A stretch of 64,000 nucleotides of DNA from Camelus ferus (taxonomy: Eukaryota), in the NCBI RefSeq assembly GCF_009834535.1, contig NC_045696.1, forward strand, positions 82,896,001 through 82,960,000, given 5' to 3'. The translations under genes were made by a program, and so were the position numbers. The notes under the pieces are model-generated. The model did no database searches, was not told the origin of the DNA, and saw nothing but the letters and a program-made list of their open reading frames with translations. Positions 25,831-39,590 of the stretch are shown here, one piece after another. The first letter of the stretch is position 1; every line of letters begins with the position of its first letter.

Positions 25831-28800
25831 GTAAGTTTTCCACTTATATTTTTAACTAAAGTAATGTAGCATTAAAAGGAAAACAACTTACATTATAAAT
25901 TGCCATACAAAGAATTCTGAACCCCTTTCCATTAAATGATATGGCCTCAGCAGATAGATCTCCAGCTTTATCAAGCTGCAAAATGGTTTCAGTTATAATT
26001 GGGCATTTAGTGTGCTATAAATTGTTTAGAGAATGAAGTTTATTCTATTAAAGTCTGCCCCATTCCATGTAATTATACCTTGATGTAGAACTCTTTCCGG
26101 GCACTTGGGAGCATGTTGTTAAAAGATGCTTCAATGGGTCACTAAGTAGAAACAACCATTATTTGGGGGAGCCTGTATCAGCATGTTAAAGATGCTTTTG
26201 ATAAAGCCTTCAAAAGGATAAAACCTGAATTTATGTGTAGACACAAGCTGATGTTGGAATTCACGTCCATATAAGCCAGGACAGAACTTGGTTTTAGCTG
26301 TTTGGAGTAGTAAGACTGTATGTTTAAAAATCCTTATCTAACTAGTGAATGTATCTTTTTGTACTGGGGCCCACTTCTTCAGCTTTCAGTTAATATTTCC
26401 AGATACAGCCAGTTGTCAGTTGATATTACTAGGGGAGAGCTTTATTTTTTTATTCAAGATACAAAGAATACTGTTTATTTAGTGTCCACTCCCAAATAAA
26501 CTTTGAGTCAACGGAAAATATATAAATAACATATATTACAAAATTTTCTCAAAGTGTATGTGTTTTTGTTCCTTCATTCTCTTCTTCACTCAAAATTATA
26601 CTGATTCTGAAGTATGGGTAAAATCTTGGAATATAGTTCAATTTTCCTCTAGTCACCATATAATTATATAGAAATTACTTTAAGTTAGAGGACGTTGGCA
26701 CTTACCTATTTCCTCTGTCTGATGTTAGTTTTCCTTTACCAGAAATTCTTCCACTTTATTTCTTCCGTGGAATATGTGATGAATTGTGATTTTTCTCATC
26801 GTATCGACTTTTAAGGATTAAGTTCATTTATTTCAGAAGTACAAGAGTAGAGAGTAGAGAGACAGAGACTTCCTTATTAGGCAAAGTTGTGCAGTAGATG
26901 GCAGTGTTCTTTGATGATCCTGACCTATATTTCCCGTGTTCCTTGTCTGCCTTTCCTGGCAGAGGTCTGTCCTGAATCTCGTGCCTCATTGTCCTCATTC
27001 TCTCTAATGTAGTAATTACTTGCTAGTGGCTTTGCTGTTAGCTGCTTCAAGCATAAGGTGCTGTCCCCTACACAAATGGCCAACGCTTCTACCGTCTTAC
27101 AAAGCCAGTTCAGATTTTAAGTTAGACACCCTTTCCTGATAATACAATGGTAAAGCAACTGCCATTGCAGTGCTTTGGAAACACTCCCATTCTTTGAATC
27201 ACAGGTTTCTCAGAACGATCATTTATATTTCTATTATAACACATAGATATTAGTGGGAAATATTAAAATATTACAGTTTATAATTTTAAGTGGTTAAAAC
27301 ACTCTGTAATTTTATAATCATGACTGCAGAGTGTGATACATGGATTGAGACAACCATAAAATGTGAATATTTACTTCTCCCCGAAATGGCCATGATTTTA
27401 AGATTTCTCAAGATTATCAAGTGAATAAATATAGAAAACTACCAAATCTACAAACTTTCCCATCATAAGTTATTTATGAAAAGTTAGTTGTTTTATGATA
27501 AAGGCATGTGTAATCTAATTGTGAAACATTAGGTCACATAATTCATGGTGCCATTGGACATATCATTTTGTATAATCAGATTGTCACTTGAATAGTTTTA
27601 ATGAGAAACTTCTTTATGTCATCAATTATTGGCTGCCAGATAATAAATGTTAAGCTAAATGCTTCAGACCCAGTTGATGATATCTTGCCTGCTGAAATGC
27701 TTTTAAAAATACTAACTTTATTTGACTAGAGAGATAGCTACATTTTTGGTAGGAGCTAGGGAATTGTGTCTAAATATTAGTTTGCGTCAGTAAAAGTTAA
27801 TAGTCTCTTGGGGACTGGAAGGGGGCGAAACGACTTCCTCTTCCAGACATCTGGCTGCCGATACCATCAACAACTATTATATATGTAAATAAAAAGTACT
27901 GTTCCATAGGAAAAAAACCTGTCATCTACTGACCAGAGATTAGCCTATGACATTAAAGGACATGGGGCAGTACGTTTCTAAAATACATCATCTGACTTTT
28001 TCCTCCTTTCCCCCCTCCATTCTCAGCAAATTTCCTATTCATAATCATACAGATTGCTCCCTTCATTGGTTTTCTCATAATTGAAGAATATATCCAGCTA
28101 GATTCTGTTTCATTTATCCCAGTTCATCTTGATTTTTAAAATACCAAGTCAAACTTTAAAATGAATGTCAAAACTGACTCCTTCTTCTACAAAAATGCAT
28201 GTTATTCCAGGAAGAGCATCATCTGGGTCAGCCCTGACAGTCAGACAAAGGTGATGTTGTGACCCACACATTCGCTAACGCCCACCTCAATCCAACACCT
28301 CAATCCAAGATATAGACTAGATCTGATGTTGGTCACAGAATTGCTAATCTACCCCAGCTAGCAGGTGTCTAAGTCACTTCTAACTGTCCAGATGGGGAAA
28401 CTTACTCTTTCCAGCTGAGGTCAAGTGCTGGGAGAGCAAACCCTAGGAAGATGAACGGAAGGATCCAGTGATGGCTTTTACGTTGCTTCGTGTTTGCTCT
28501 CTGGAAAGAAAGTGGTGTGTGTGTCTGCGCGTGTGGTGTTAACAGCTACCCTCAGCTGACTTCCCATCTTCCTCTTCTCCCTCTGCCTCACTCCAATTTA
28601 CTCTTTTCATTTGACGCCAGAAGCCGGAGGTGGGGGTGGCTACAGTGAGGCACTTGGGTAACCGCTGCTCTTTCTCTTACTATCTTTAAGAATGTTGTTA
28701 TTTAATCGTCAAGCCCATAATATATTTTCCTGTTTCTTGATGCTTTTCCCAAATTGAAACATTTTGAGGTAAAGTAATCACAGTGATGTTTCTTCAAAAG

Positions 28801-31210
28801 GAGCTATTAGCAGCTACTAAAGCAAGACACATTTCTCAACAGCCAATTGTTCTTAAATAACTTGAAGGACTTGTAGTTCACATGTGCTCAAGATGAAAGC
28901 TGAGAATAATAATAGTCATGAGTAAGCTATTTTCCATATAAAAGGAAAAGTGTTCCTATAAGATGTATTGCCCCAGGAATCTGAGTGTGTCAGCAGGGCA
29001 GACACTCAAATGATTTAAAACCACTAGATAATGAAACTTCACTCAAATATTAAATGTACATAAATAAAACATTTATAATCATCACCCATGCACTTACTAT
29101 TCTTCCCAATAAATATATGCGATCATGACCCTCACCCTTGCTTGTTACCACTAATCAGCTGGAAGGCCAGGGGTCATTTTTCACTCAATTTATTCCATGG
29201 AGGGTGGAATATCAAAATGATTTTCTGCAAGCAACAATTAGAAGGAATAAATGCAAATAAAATAGAATCATAAAATATTTCTGTATTGATTTTTAATAAA
29301 TAAAATCCAAAGTAATATGAAAATGCTAACGCTCCAGCTGGAGGGGGATAATGACCGTATTCTGCAGGGACAGAGTTTCCACCAACCTCTCTGAGCGGCA
29401 TCGTCATTCCATATCTCTGCCCTGTGATCAGTATGTGTCAGAATCCTTCATAGTGACAAATGTGCTGTCCACTTGCATCTGTGGAGAATGTTTTAGCAGC
29501 TGAGTGATTATGAATCAAACCCCTGAGCTCATAGCCCCTACCGCCTCCCAATGCAGTTCACATTTGTCGTCTGACAAGTAAATGTATCTTGACTTTCCTC
29601 TGAGATTTTTTTTTGCACCGTGTTTGATGAAAGACATTTGGCAAATTGGCAGTGGTACCCTGTACGTTGCAATTTGTAGCTAGCATTAGGAGTCTGGGCA
29701 TGAAATGAGAGGGCAGGCTCCAGGAGAAAGGGAAAAGAAAGAAAGCTAACTACAACATGAATAGTCACTTAAGAATCAAGCATACAATATTCCCTTTGTA
29801 AGAAGAGAATCAGGTTTAGGCCATTCTGTTAAGATTTTGCTGTAGTTTTAAGTCAATGGTATTCTGTCTAGCTGCCTGTCCGTGGAATATGTATTTTGTT
29901 GATTTTCCTTTTGAGTACAAAGTGTTGCCTTTTATTTTTAACCTGAGCTCATAATTGGGCCTCCAACTCTGTCTTGCCATCTTATCAGCGTAAGAATCAT
30001 TTTCTTGGGTTCAACAGTTGCCTGAATATGCAGTTGTTACCATTTCTAATCACTGCTTGGAGTCTTCTGGTCTACCACCCCAGCCCTTTGCAAAACATAG
30101 AGTGCATATAGAAAGCAAACACCTTTTTAACAGTATTCTGAGTTCTTCAGTGGCATAGTGCCCTAAGAACCGAATAAACAATGGGTGAGTTGATTTAACA
30201 AGAGGGCCTGAGAGTTTGCTTTTTCTACTTAAAAATTCAGTAGTAGGCAGCTTCCAAATAAAATGCGATTGTGGAGGAAACAATGTTTGGGGAGGGCTGA
30301 AGGGAAAGGCAGAGCTCACCTAACTGTAGACAGTAAGGGTCAAGCTACCTTTAAAAGTAAATGCTACCCTCTGATTGTGACTGTCAAATACGTGGGCATG
30401 TGGACAAAAACTTGAAGATTAAAAGCAAAATAAAAAAAAAAAAAGGTTGTTTGAGGGGAAGAATTAGGCATGATAGTTTTTCTTTAAGAATATCATTCTA
30501 AGAATGTGGCTTACACTAACAGCTTCCCATACCTGATAATGCCAATGCCAAGTGATACAAAGTTATGATAATACACCGTGAACTGTCACTTCAACTCCAT
30601 CTTTGTCCAGAACAAATTAATATTTCATCAAAATTCTTTGTAGATGATCCCACTTAAAAATCTAGTATAGCCCGATATCAGTTTACATAGTCTCAGGCAG
30701 AGCACCTCTTACACATTTAATTTTTCCTTTCTGCACCACATACATTTAGCTTAAGCTATAACTTTGGGACATTTGGTGTTTTTCATGTCTTGAGTTCTTT
30801 TCATGGGACTTCTGGTTTTTATTACCTAGGCAAGACATATAGGATCTTTTCCTATATTTTTCAGTTTACTGTTGCTGTCCATAACATAATCTAATGCCTT
30901 TTAATTTAATAAAAATCTAATTTGGTTTTATTATCTCTCATGTATTTCATTGCTTAATTGTATATCAAATTCTATAACATGGTTTAACCAAGGTCTTAGG
31001 AAAAAGTTCACCTGGGATTTTATGAGCTTGGTTCTACCTTTGTTATCTTCAAAATCAGTTAATTCTCTTGTTGCTTGTTTAATATTGGGACACTGCGACC
31101 TCTTTCTACAGTCCCTTGCATTCAACAGATTTGATGCTTCCCTTTTATTAATGATTTCTTGGTTTGCTAGGAATGATTACAGAAGAATGATGTCCGACCA
31201 GTCCTAATAG

Positions 31211-31399
<189 letters not shown>

Positions 31400-32463
31400 T
31401 AATGGCAAAGTTAATCATGGTCGGTTTTCCAAAATTCTCCCCTCTGGTTTCAAAAGGCCCTGCTGTTTGTTTTGGAAATTATTCTTGATTGGATGATTAA
31501 TAGCAACCATGATATATCTCAGGCACTTCAAAGTGCTCTTTATTGAGTGAAATATAAAAATAGTGGTTTAAGAAATTACTATTAAATGAAAATTTTAACA
31601 CAGGCCATTTGGTTGTGATAAATGGGGTTGGAAATGGTCCAAATACTATCTACTTGTTTCACTTTGATATTTATGAATTTTCTTTCACAGTTAATTATTT
31701 TCATCCAAAGGTATATAATACTACTGTCCTCAAGCATAGAGTTATTAATTGTCATGGCATTGAAGAATAAGACTGTCAGTGAAGGACGAATAAGGTTGAT
31801 AAGTGAGGAAAGCTGGTTAATAAGTTTCTTGTTACTCATCAGTAGCACAGGAAAGCTTTTTTTGTTTGTTTCTGTTCTCTTTTTTAAAAAAATAAATCAT
31901 GCTTATACTTTCTGAACTGTCTTCAGAAATCTGTGGCATCTGACTCAGGCATATCAATTTATCTGCTCTTTGGAAAATGTGTCACTTTCTTTCCAGAAAA
32001 GCTTTTATAGGAACATACCTTGATGGATGAGGTCTTAGAATCTTGTCTGATCTGATACCACTCAACGTACAACGTTGTCTCTATGGCTAACATGTAAAAT
32101 GAGTTGAAACATTTGAAATCTGTTTACATCAACCCAGAATCACAAGCTCTTGTCATATTTTTATCCCCTTGTCTGGTTCAGTTTTGTGGATGTAAAGATA
32201 CAGAGTTAATAAAAGAGGTGCGTGGGGGTCATCAAAACTCAAGTCTATTTTCATAAACTGCTTATGCGTGAGTAAATTCAACCGCATCTCATATAGCAGC
32301 CTTTATTTGTAGAGTTATTTATATCTGTAGAATGGCTTTGTTGCAAATTTTAAATACCAAAGACTTGTGAGTTCCATGCAAGATTAATTAAGTCAGGAAT
32401 AAGCATCTGGCTTCTATGCAGCTTGAGTGAAATATAGTCGATTGTGCTGACTTTCTCTTATAA

Positions 32464-32577
<114 letters not shown>

Positions 32578-32753
32578 TAAATACCTTGATAAACATTGTA
32601 ACCATTAACGTGGACTCACTGACACGATTTTAAAAGAGGCTACTTTTGTGCATGTCTGAATGTATATCTATTCGATTTTGAGTCAAAGAAGAATTAACTA
32701 ATGGCTAGGATAAAAATTTAGAAGAGTCCTAATTTCTTTGTTGTCGTTTTAAG

Positions 32754-32940
32754 TTTTTTATTGAAGTGTAGTTGATCTACAGTGTTAGTTTCAGGTGTAC
32801 AGCAAAGTGATTCAGTTATACATGCATATATATTTTTTCTTTTCAGATTCTTTTCCATTATATGTTATTACAAGAAATTGAATATAGTTCCCTGTGCTAT
32901 ACAGTAGGTCTTTGTTGTTTATCTATTTTATATATAGTAA
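32754..32940 (-). mobile_element. Relatively young LINE-1 3'-end fragment of artiodactyl type
   Basis: tttttattgaagtgtagttgat...ggtgtacagcaaagtgattcagttatacat...gaatatagttccctgtgctatacagtaggtc. Confidence 0.85.
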
Positions 32941-34154
32941 TGTGTTCTAATTTCTTGAGTCCAGAAATGTGTCCTAATTTCTTGAATCAAGTCTTCTTAT
33001 ATCTCAGGCTAAAAGTTCTAGTAGTGTCTAGTACAGACTACGTGTTTAAGTACTGTTAGCCATTTTTAAAATTAAGCATTTTCTCTTCTCAATAATTCAT
33101 GATATTTTAATTGACAATAATCATAGCCTTGCAACCTCCCTTTCCCAGACCTTAAACCTCTGCTAGGAGTTAACAACCCATATATACCTTTGTTTTCCCA
33201 GTACAGCTGACTCAGTATCTACAAGTGCCATTAGGAGGTTTAAAGAATAAACCTTAAACCTGGAGAGGAGGAAGGAAATGTGGAGCTAGGGGTAGAACAA
33301 ATAAAATAGAGTGTGTTATAGGAAGGGGGCAATTCCATCCACCATTCTCCGGTGTATCCTAGCTTATTCCGCTAAATGTCAGGATCAACCATGTGACACA
33401 TGGGACATATGCTTAATTTTAATATTATTGTTTATGAATGAATGAAAAGAATCAACATTTTCCCTTCCAGTTTTAAAGTACCATCTACATTGTTTAATGT
33501 GCAGTGCCTTGCACACAGTATTAGATATTCACATATATTTCTTCAAAGAATGAATGTTATTTATCTTTAAGTAATACCCCTAATTTTATTCTACTTTGAA
33601 ATTCTTATGCATTGCATATGTCTAAAATTGTTTTTGTCTGAATGCTTTTTTTTTCATTAAAATAAATAAATTATTTTTCAGCTTTCAAAGACTTTTTTAC
33701 ATACAAGCATAAGAAAATGGGCAGACCAATGTTCATTTGAAGATAACTGAAATCTTGGGAGAAAACTAGAGGGACTTAAAGTCAGAAAATAATAAAATGT
33801 TTTCTTAAAGTCTTTGCTTTCCTACATGTTTTGTAAATCAGTAATCATAAGGGATATTTCTACTTTATATGTAAGAGAATGCACTTGATACAATAAGTCT
33901 CAGAGAACTATAAGAATGATAAGTGTTAGGTGATTTCCCTTTTTGAAAATATGTCACATCCAAGAAATTCTGCTTAAATGAAAGGAAAGATTTTCATGTT
34001 TACATTTTGTAATGGCCTAGGGTCTGGTGTGCGGCCATGACATCATGCTCACTTTACTCTTTTTTTTTTTTTTTGTACCTGAATTCAGTGGCTTTATTCT
34101 ACCCCATAAGTGGTGCTATTATTGTACATGTATTTTTAAAGATGCAAACTAGAA

Positions 34155-34320
34155 TTTTGCATAGCTGAAGATCTTAAACAATTACTTGTCCAGCTCCTCT
34201 GTTTCACAAGTGAAAAAATTCAGATCCACAGATGCTAATTGCCTTCTATTAAGTATAGTATTAGTAAATCCAGGATTAAAACCCAGACCTGGAGCTCTCA
34301 AGTCAGGGATTTTATCTGAT
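34155..34320. mobile_element. MIR3/MIR-like SINE fragment
   Basis: tccagctcctctgtttcacaagtgaaaaaattcagatccacaga...ccaggattaaaacccagacct. Confidence 0.55.
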
Positions 34321-35759
34321 GCCATGATCTCAAACATTCTCTTGACCCCTGTGTTTATATCTAGCGACCAGGAAGACCTAATAGTGCATAGCTCACGCGT
34401 GTGTTACGTACTCCATTTTAGAATTTCGGAAACTTAAGCTCCTATTTAATCTGTTTCTTTTCCACCTACAAATTTACTGGAGTAGAGTGGAATGATTTTT
34501 GTTTTTTGTTTTTTGTTCTTTTTAGGAGCACTCAACCTTTTGGCCAAGGTATTAGCAGAGGACAGATACAAAGTAACAGATGATCTTTAGTTAGAACTTC
34601 TTTATTGACCAATTTTATTCATATTAGAGTAGATGATATTTTTTAGGTTTAAAGCTTCTTTGCATACAAGCAGTTGGCAGCATGTGAAAGACAGAATCTC
34701 TCTTCCTCATGATTTGTATAGAAAATGTTTTGAGTGAAAATTTTTCTAAAGAATTTGATGGGAGTTTAAGTTTTCTCTCTGTTCCTGGGTTGTTCTGCTC
34801 AGTGTAACACAATTGTGCCAATTGTACCATGGTTCTCCTTGCAGTGGGCCTTGGAAGTCCACAAAGTTATTGTAGAGAAGGCCAAGACTCCATGTATATA
34901 TTTTTTTTCAAGAGCAGAGGCTTAAATATTACAACTGCTATCAATGTGGAGTTTCACACATGTTTTAATTAATATTATAAGTAAGTAAAGTTGAGGAACA
35001 TCATGATGCCAGAATGGTTTTTTAAGGGGGAAAATTAAATCAGCCCTTGAGTTGGTTTATTGATACCATGCCAAAGTAACTAGTTTAACAGATTTATTTT
35101 CCCCACTGAACTAACTAGACTTCTGGCATCATGTAGAGACAGCCATCAAAGCCCAGAAACTTGGAGTGGAACAAGGTGGTTTCTGATGTAGAGCACTCGA
35201 GCCACTGAGCCTGTGTACAGAAGTGGAAGAAGAATGAGTTCTGGATTTTCACATGGAAGAATGAGTTCAGGATATTGGGGCTGCTAAGTTAGAAATTTTC
35301 ACTTAAAAGTCATCTGGAGAAAGTTGATTTTTTTTTTTTATTTTAAGCAACACACATACAAAAAAAAAATCATATAAACAATGCAATCAACTTTAAAATG
35401 TCAAGGAGAAAACCTCACCAATTTCCACTTTTCTTCCTCACCAGTAAGAGCTGGGGCAAGGGGAAGGGAGCGGGGCTTACATTTTTATTTTATGACTAAA
35501 GGAGAACTCATAATAATATTTAATTTTTTATCGTCAATACCACGGAAGGCAGAAACAATCAGCCAGCCAATAATAAGTGCTTTTCTGAGAAACTGACCTG
35601 GTTCAGAACTGCCACAGACTCTTGAAGAAATACAGGGGTGGGGGAAAGAAAGGTTCTTCAGGGATTATATGAAGTCATGTGTGTGAAACTTTTGAAAATT
35701 GTGGAGTACTTTTATAGAATTTAAAGAATCTTTCATTCAATTGAAAAATCATATAAATA

Positions 35760-35975
35760 CAAAAAGTGTCCTCATCACAAGAAAAAATGTATAACTGTAT
35801 GGAACAGGTGTGAACTAGATACTGTAGTGATGATTTTGCAATATATGCCAATATTGAATTATTATGCTGTACACATGAAACTAATACAATGTTATTTGTC
35901 AATTATACCTCAATAAAAAGAATTTAGCTAAAAAATCAAAATTAAAAACAAAATAAAAAGTCAAAAAAAAAAAAG
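35760..35975 (+). mobile_element. LINE-1 3' end (L1MA-like) with A-rich tail
   Basis: ctcatcacaagaaaaaa...gctgtacacatgaaactaatacaatgttatttgtcaattatacctcaataaaaa followed by A-rich runs. Confidence 0.85.
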
Positions 35976-36458
35976 AAATGGAAAACTGGGGGTAATCAGG
36001 AGAGGAGAGGTTAACGAAGACCTTTGTTTTTATCTGAAAAGTTTTATCTTACTTACTTTTCTTTTGTAACAGTTTAAAGGTTAATAGAATGAAGGCTTTG
36101 GGGGGGTCCTAATCACTAAAGATCATGAAAATCAGTATCTTTGGTATCAGACTATACTATTCACGTTGCTCCAGTTTTAAAGGTTTGGAATGCTTACTTT
36201 TATTTTGGAGATGATAACAGAATTTCTTTTGGAATTAGTAATCGAGGAAGTGAATTTACTAAGAAATTATTTAATCAGCCTCTGAAATTTTGAATTAAAA
36301 ATGGATCTTTCTACTTTATATGAAGAATCTGTTTCGTGCTTGTTTACAAAGGATCTAATTGTAGTGCCCTAAGCAGAAGATAAAACAATGCTACTATTTC
36401 TTAATGTCTTTGACTTCATGAGGTTTATTTAAAATATTAGAACTGATTGCCCTCATAA

Positions 36459-36872
<414 letters not shown>

Positions 36873-38766
36873 TAATCACTTGTGTGATGAGGAAAAGAAG
36901 GTGGCTTATTTTTCTTATTTTAAAAGACAGTTGTGATCTGTCTTCTGTCGTTGCACTTTGATGCGAGAATCAGATCCTATTGTGAAAATTTGCAGCACGA
37001 TTCCCTTGAGATTTTGGAGTGCTGTGAATGATGTGATCGTTGAATAATATACAACTCAGAGCCTTATTTGGATGATTTTATATTCTCCTGGATTCATCCC
37101 AAAGGGCAGTCTCAAGCAAAGAGAACCATAACCCGAAATCACAGGAGACTTATGAATCAAGATTTTCTAAATTGCAGGGAGCAATCTTTCCACCTCCTGG
37201 CACAGACTGTGGCCCCCGCATGGCAGGAAGTCCAGAGTGGAGCCCCAGAATGCCACTCTCTGCTTATTAACCTAGAAACCATGGCTGCTTCTGCAGAAGA
37301 CCTGCAGTTCAGAGAGCCTCTCCAGGGGAACTTTTTAGAGATTAGTAACAGAAGATTGTCGACATGACCAAAATAACCCATAGCAAATGATAGTGGAGTG
37401 TGGTTTTAGTCACAAATTTTGACGTAGTATTAAATTAAAAGTGGCAAAAAACTAGCCTTCCCTTAACCCAGACCTACTGGCACATAGTTAGAAGACATGG
37501 TAGGTTTCTTGCCTTTGGCTTCTAATAGTTAGATAATATAAGCCATTTGCTTATATTAAGCCATTAAGCTTAAATATAAGCCATTTGCTAATATTTACCA
37601 GCTAGCATGTGTGTGGGGGACACCGACCTATGTAGCCACAACCTGTTTCTAGAGAATAAAGGAAATGACTTGGGGGTGAGGGAAGGGGTTGTGCATGGAG
37701 TTCAGGACAAAAGATTTTAAAAAGAGAAAAAGGTTAGATTTATACAAAGTAATAATCTTTACTTCAGGAAATTATTTAATTATTAATTCTTTCTGTACTG
37801 TACAGGCACATTGCTTATGATTTTGGATGAACTAAATACTGGTTGTTTCCCTTAAAGTTAAAAATCAAATGATCATGGTTTAAAAATAGCATGTTTTAGA
37901 GACAGAACTTTAATCCAATATACAAAAGTAGCTACATCTTCTGTGTACATCCTTATAGTATGCTCCTATAATTGTTTCAGTTAAAATTATCTCAGAAAAA
38001 GATTAAATAAGTTAAAGATATAACATGTCAAAGCTGAATACTTATTTGTTGGTCCAGATTATAACTTCATGAAGCTGAGGGGTGTTCTAACCTCTCGTTT
38101 TTTGTCACCTCAACTTATTAAACTGTGGATATTTTGTGGACAAGATTAACAGCATGAAGCAAAAGTGTAAAGATTGACCACATATTAGAAAGTGTTTATA
38201 ATTTGTAAATTTATGAAAACTTTGAAACAATCTTGTGACACAGACATTTCGATTCCAGTTTTATAGGAAAGGAAGCCGAAGAGCGTTCTGTAATGCCTAG
38301 ATCCAAGATTGTCCTTTTAATACGGTAGCACGCTCATCTCTGGGCTGGTGTGTTCTGAGTCTCTCCGTGGCTTAGTCCGCCAAATCAGAGTGCAGTATTT
38401 CCAGCGTGCTTTCGGTCTTTTTTGGTAACATACTTTAGCACAGGGGCAGTAACTACATACTGACTGCAACCGGGACTGGGTATACAGTTTCTTCTGGCAG
38501 GATTGTTTAAGACCTCTCTATCATTTGCCTCATCCTCTATTCCCATTCTACGAATACAAATGTTCCCGTGTCACAGTGGGAATAGGAGGGAGCTAGTGGG
38601 AGAAACAGCATCTTCAAAAGACTGTGCCTCATGAATTCAATGGTTCAAAATATTCCCCAAGGCACTGCCATTGGCCTGAGCACGATGGTAAAATTGGGAA
38701 GACCTTGACCTCCGAAAGCTGTCTGTATTGATGTTCGAAAGAGCCTGTTTTAGGAAACGACACTGA

Positions 38767-38994
<228 letters not shown>

Positions 38995-39099
38995 TAAAGC
39001 TGGGGTTTTTCTCTGTTTTAAATTTAATGATTTCTGAAATGAACGTTTTCGAATGCCCTTGCTGTCCTCCCTTTTAGAATACAGCTGTTACTCCTACCA

Positions 39100-39315
39100 T
39101 CGGTGGCTGGTATTTAGTGCAGATTAAATACCAGATGTTCTCCGAAGTACATGATATGAAGTTAATTGACTTAACTATCCTAATAATCCTATGAAATAGT
39201 GACAGTTATTGTGTGATTTTGTCAGTGAAGGAATGGAGACATCAAGGCCACATAAGTAATAAATGGGATTCAGCCTGGGCTGTCTGGTTCCAGAGTCCAC
39301 ACTTTCACCAGTATT
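39100..39315. mobile_element. MIR SINE
   Basis: atcctaataatcctatgaaatag...caaggccacata...gggattcagcctgggctgtctggttccagagtccac. Confidence 0.7.
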
Positions 39316-39408
39316 CTGTTCCTCTTCTCTTGATAACTAATTAGAATATTTTATCGAATCTTGCCAGGTAGAAGGGAAAACCACCATAGGGGTTCAGCTG
39401 AATCAGTG

Positions 39409-39590
39409 GTTACTATTATATATCATATATATCTGGTATATAATAGAGTTACTATTATATCATATATGATCTATAATGTATACAGATAGTATGTGACTAT
39501 ATATTATGTGACTATATAGTATCAATATGTATTTGTTTATGTATTTGTATATCTAAATTTATATATATAAATATTTACATATAAAATACT
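39409..39590. repeat. AT-rich low-complexity tract with short internal duplications
   Basis: gttactattatat twice, tatgtgactatata twice. Confidence 0.8.

Noticed and set aside
28561..28660. Strong pyrimidine tract and CAG at 28620 as a cryptic exon start
   Set aside because: Downstream donors (gtgggg, gtgagg, gtaacc) are weak and ambiguous; no supported exon
39107..39134. 10-bp hairpin CTGGTATTTA/TAAATACCAG (also 8-bp stems at 1912-1933 and 45366-45383)
   Set aside because: Short stems, the first at a MIR edge; near chance expectation in 64 kb and too short for pre-miRNA
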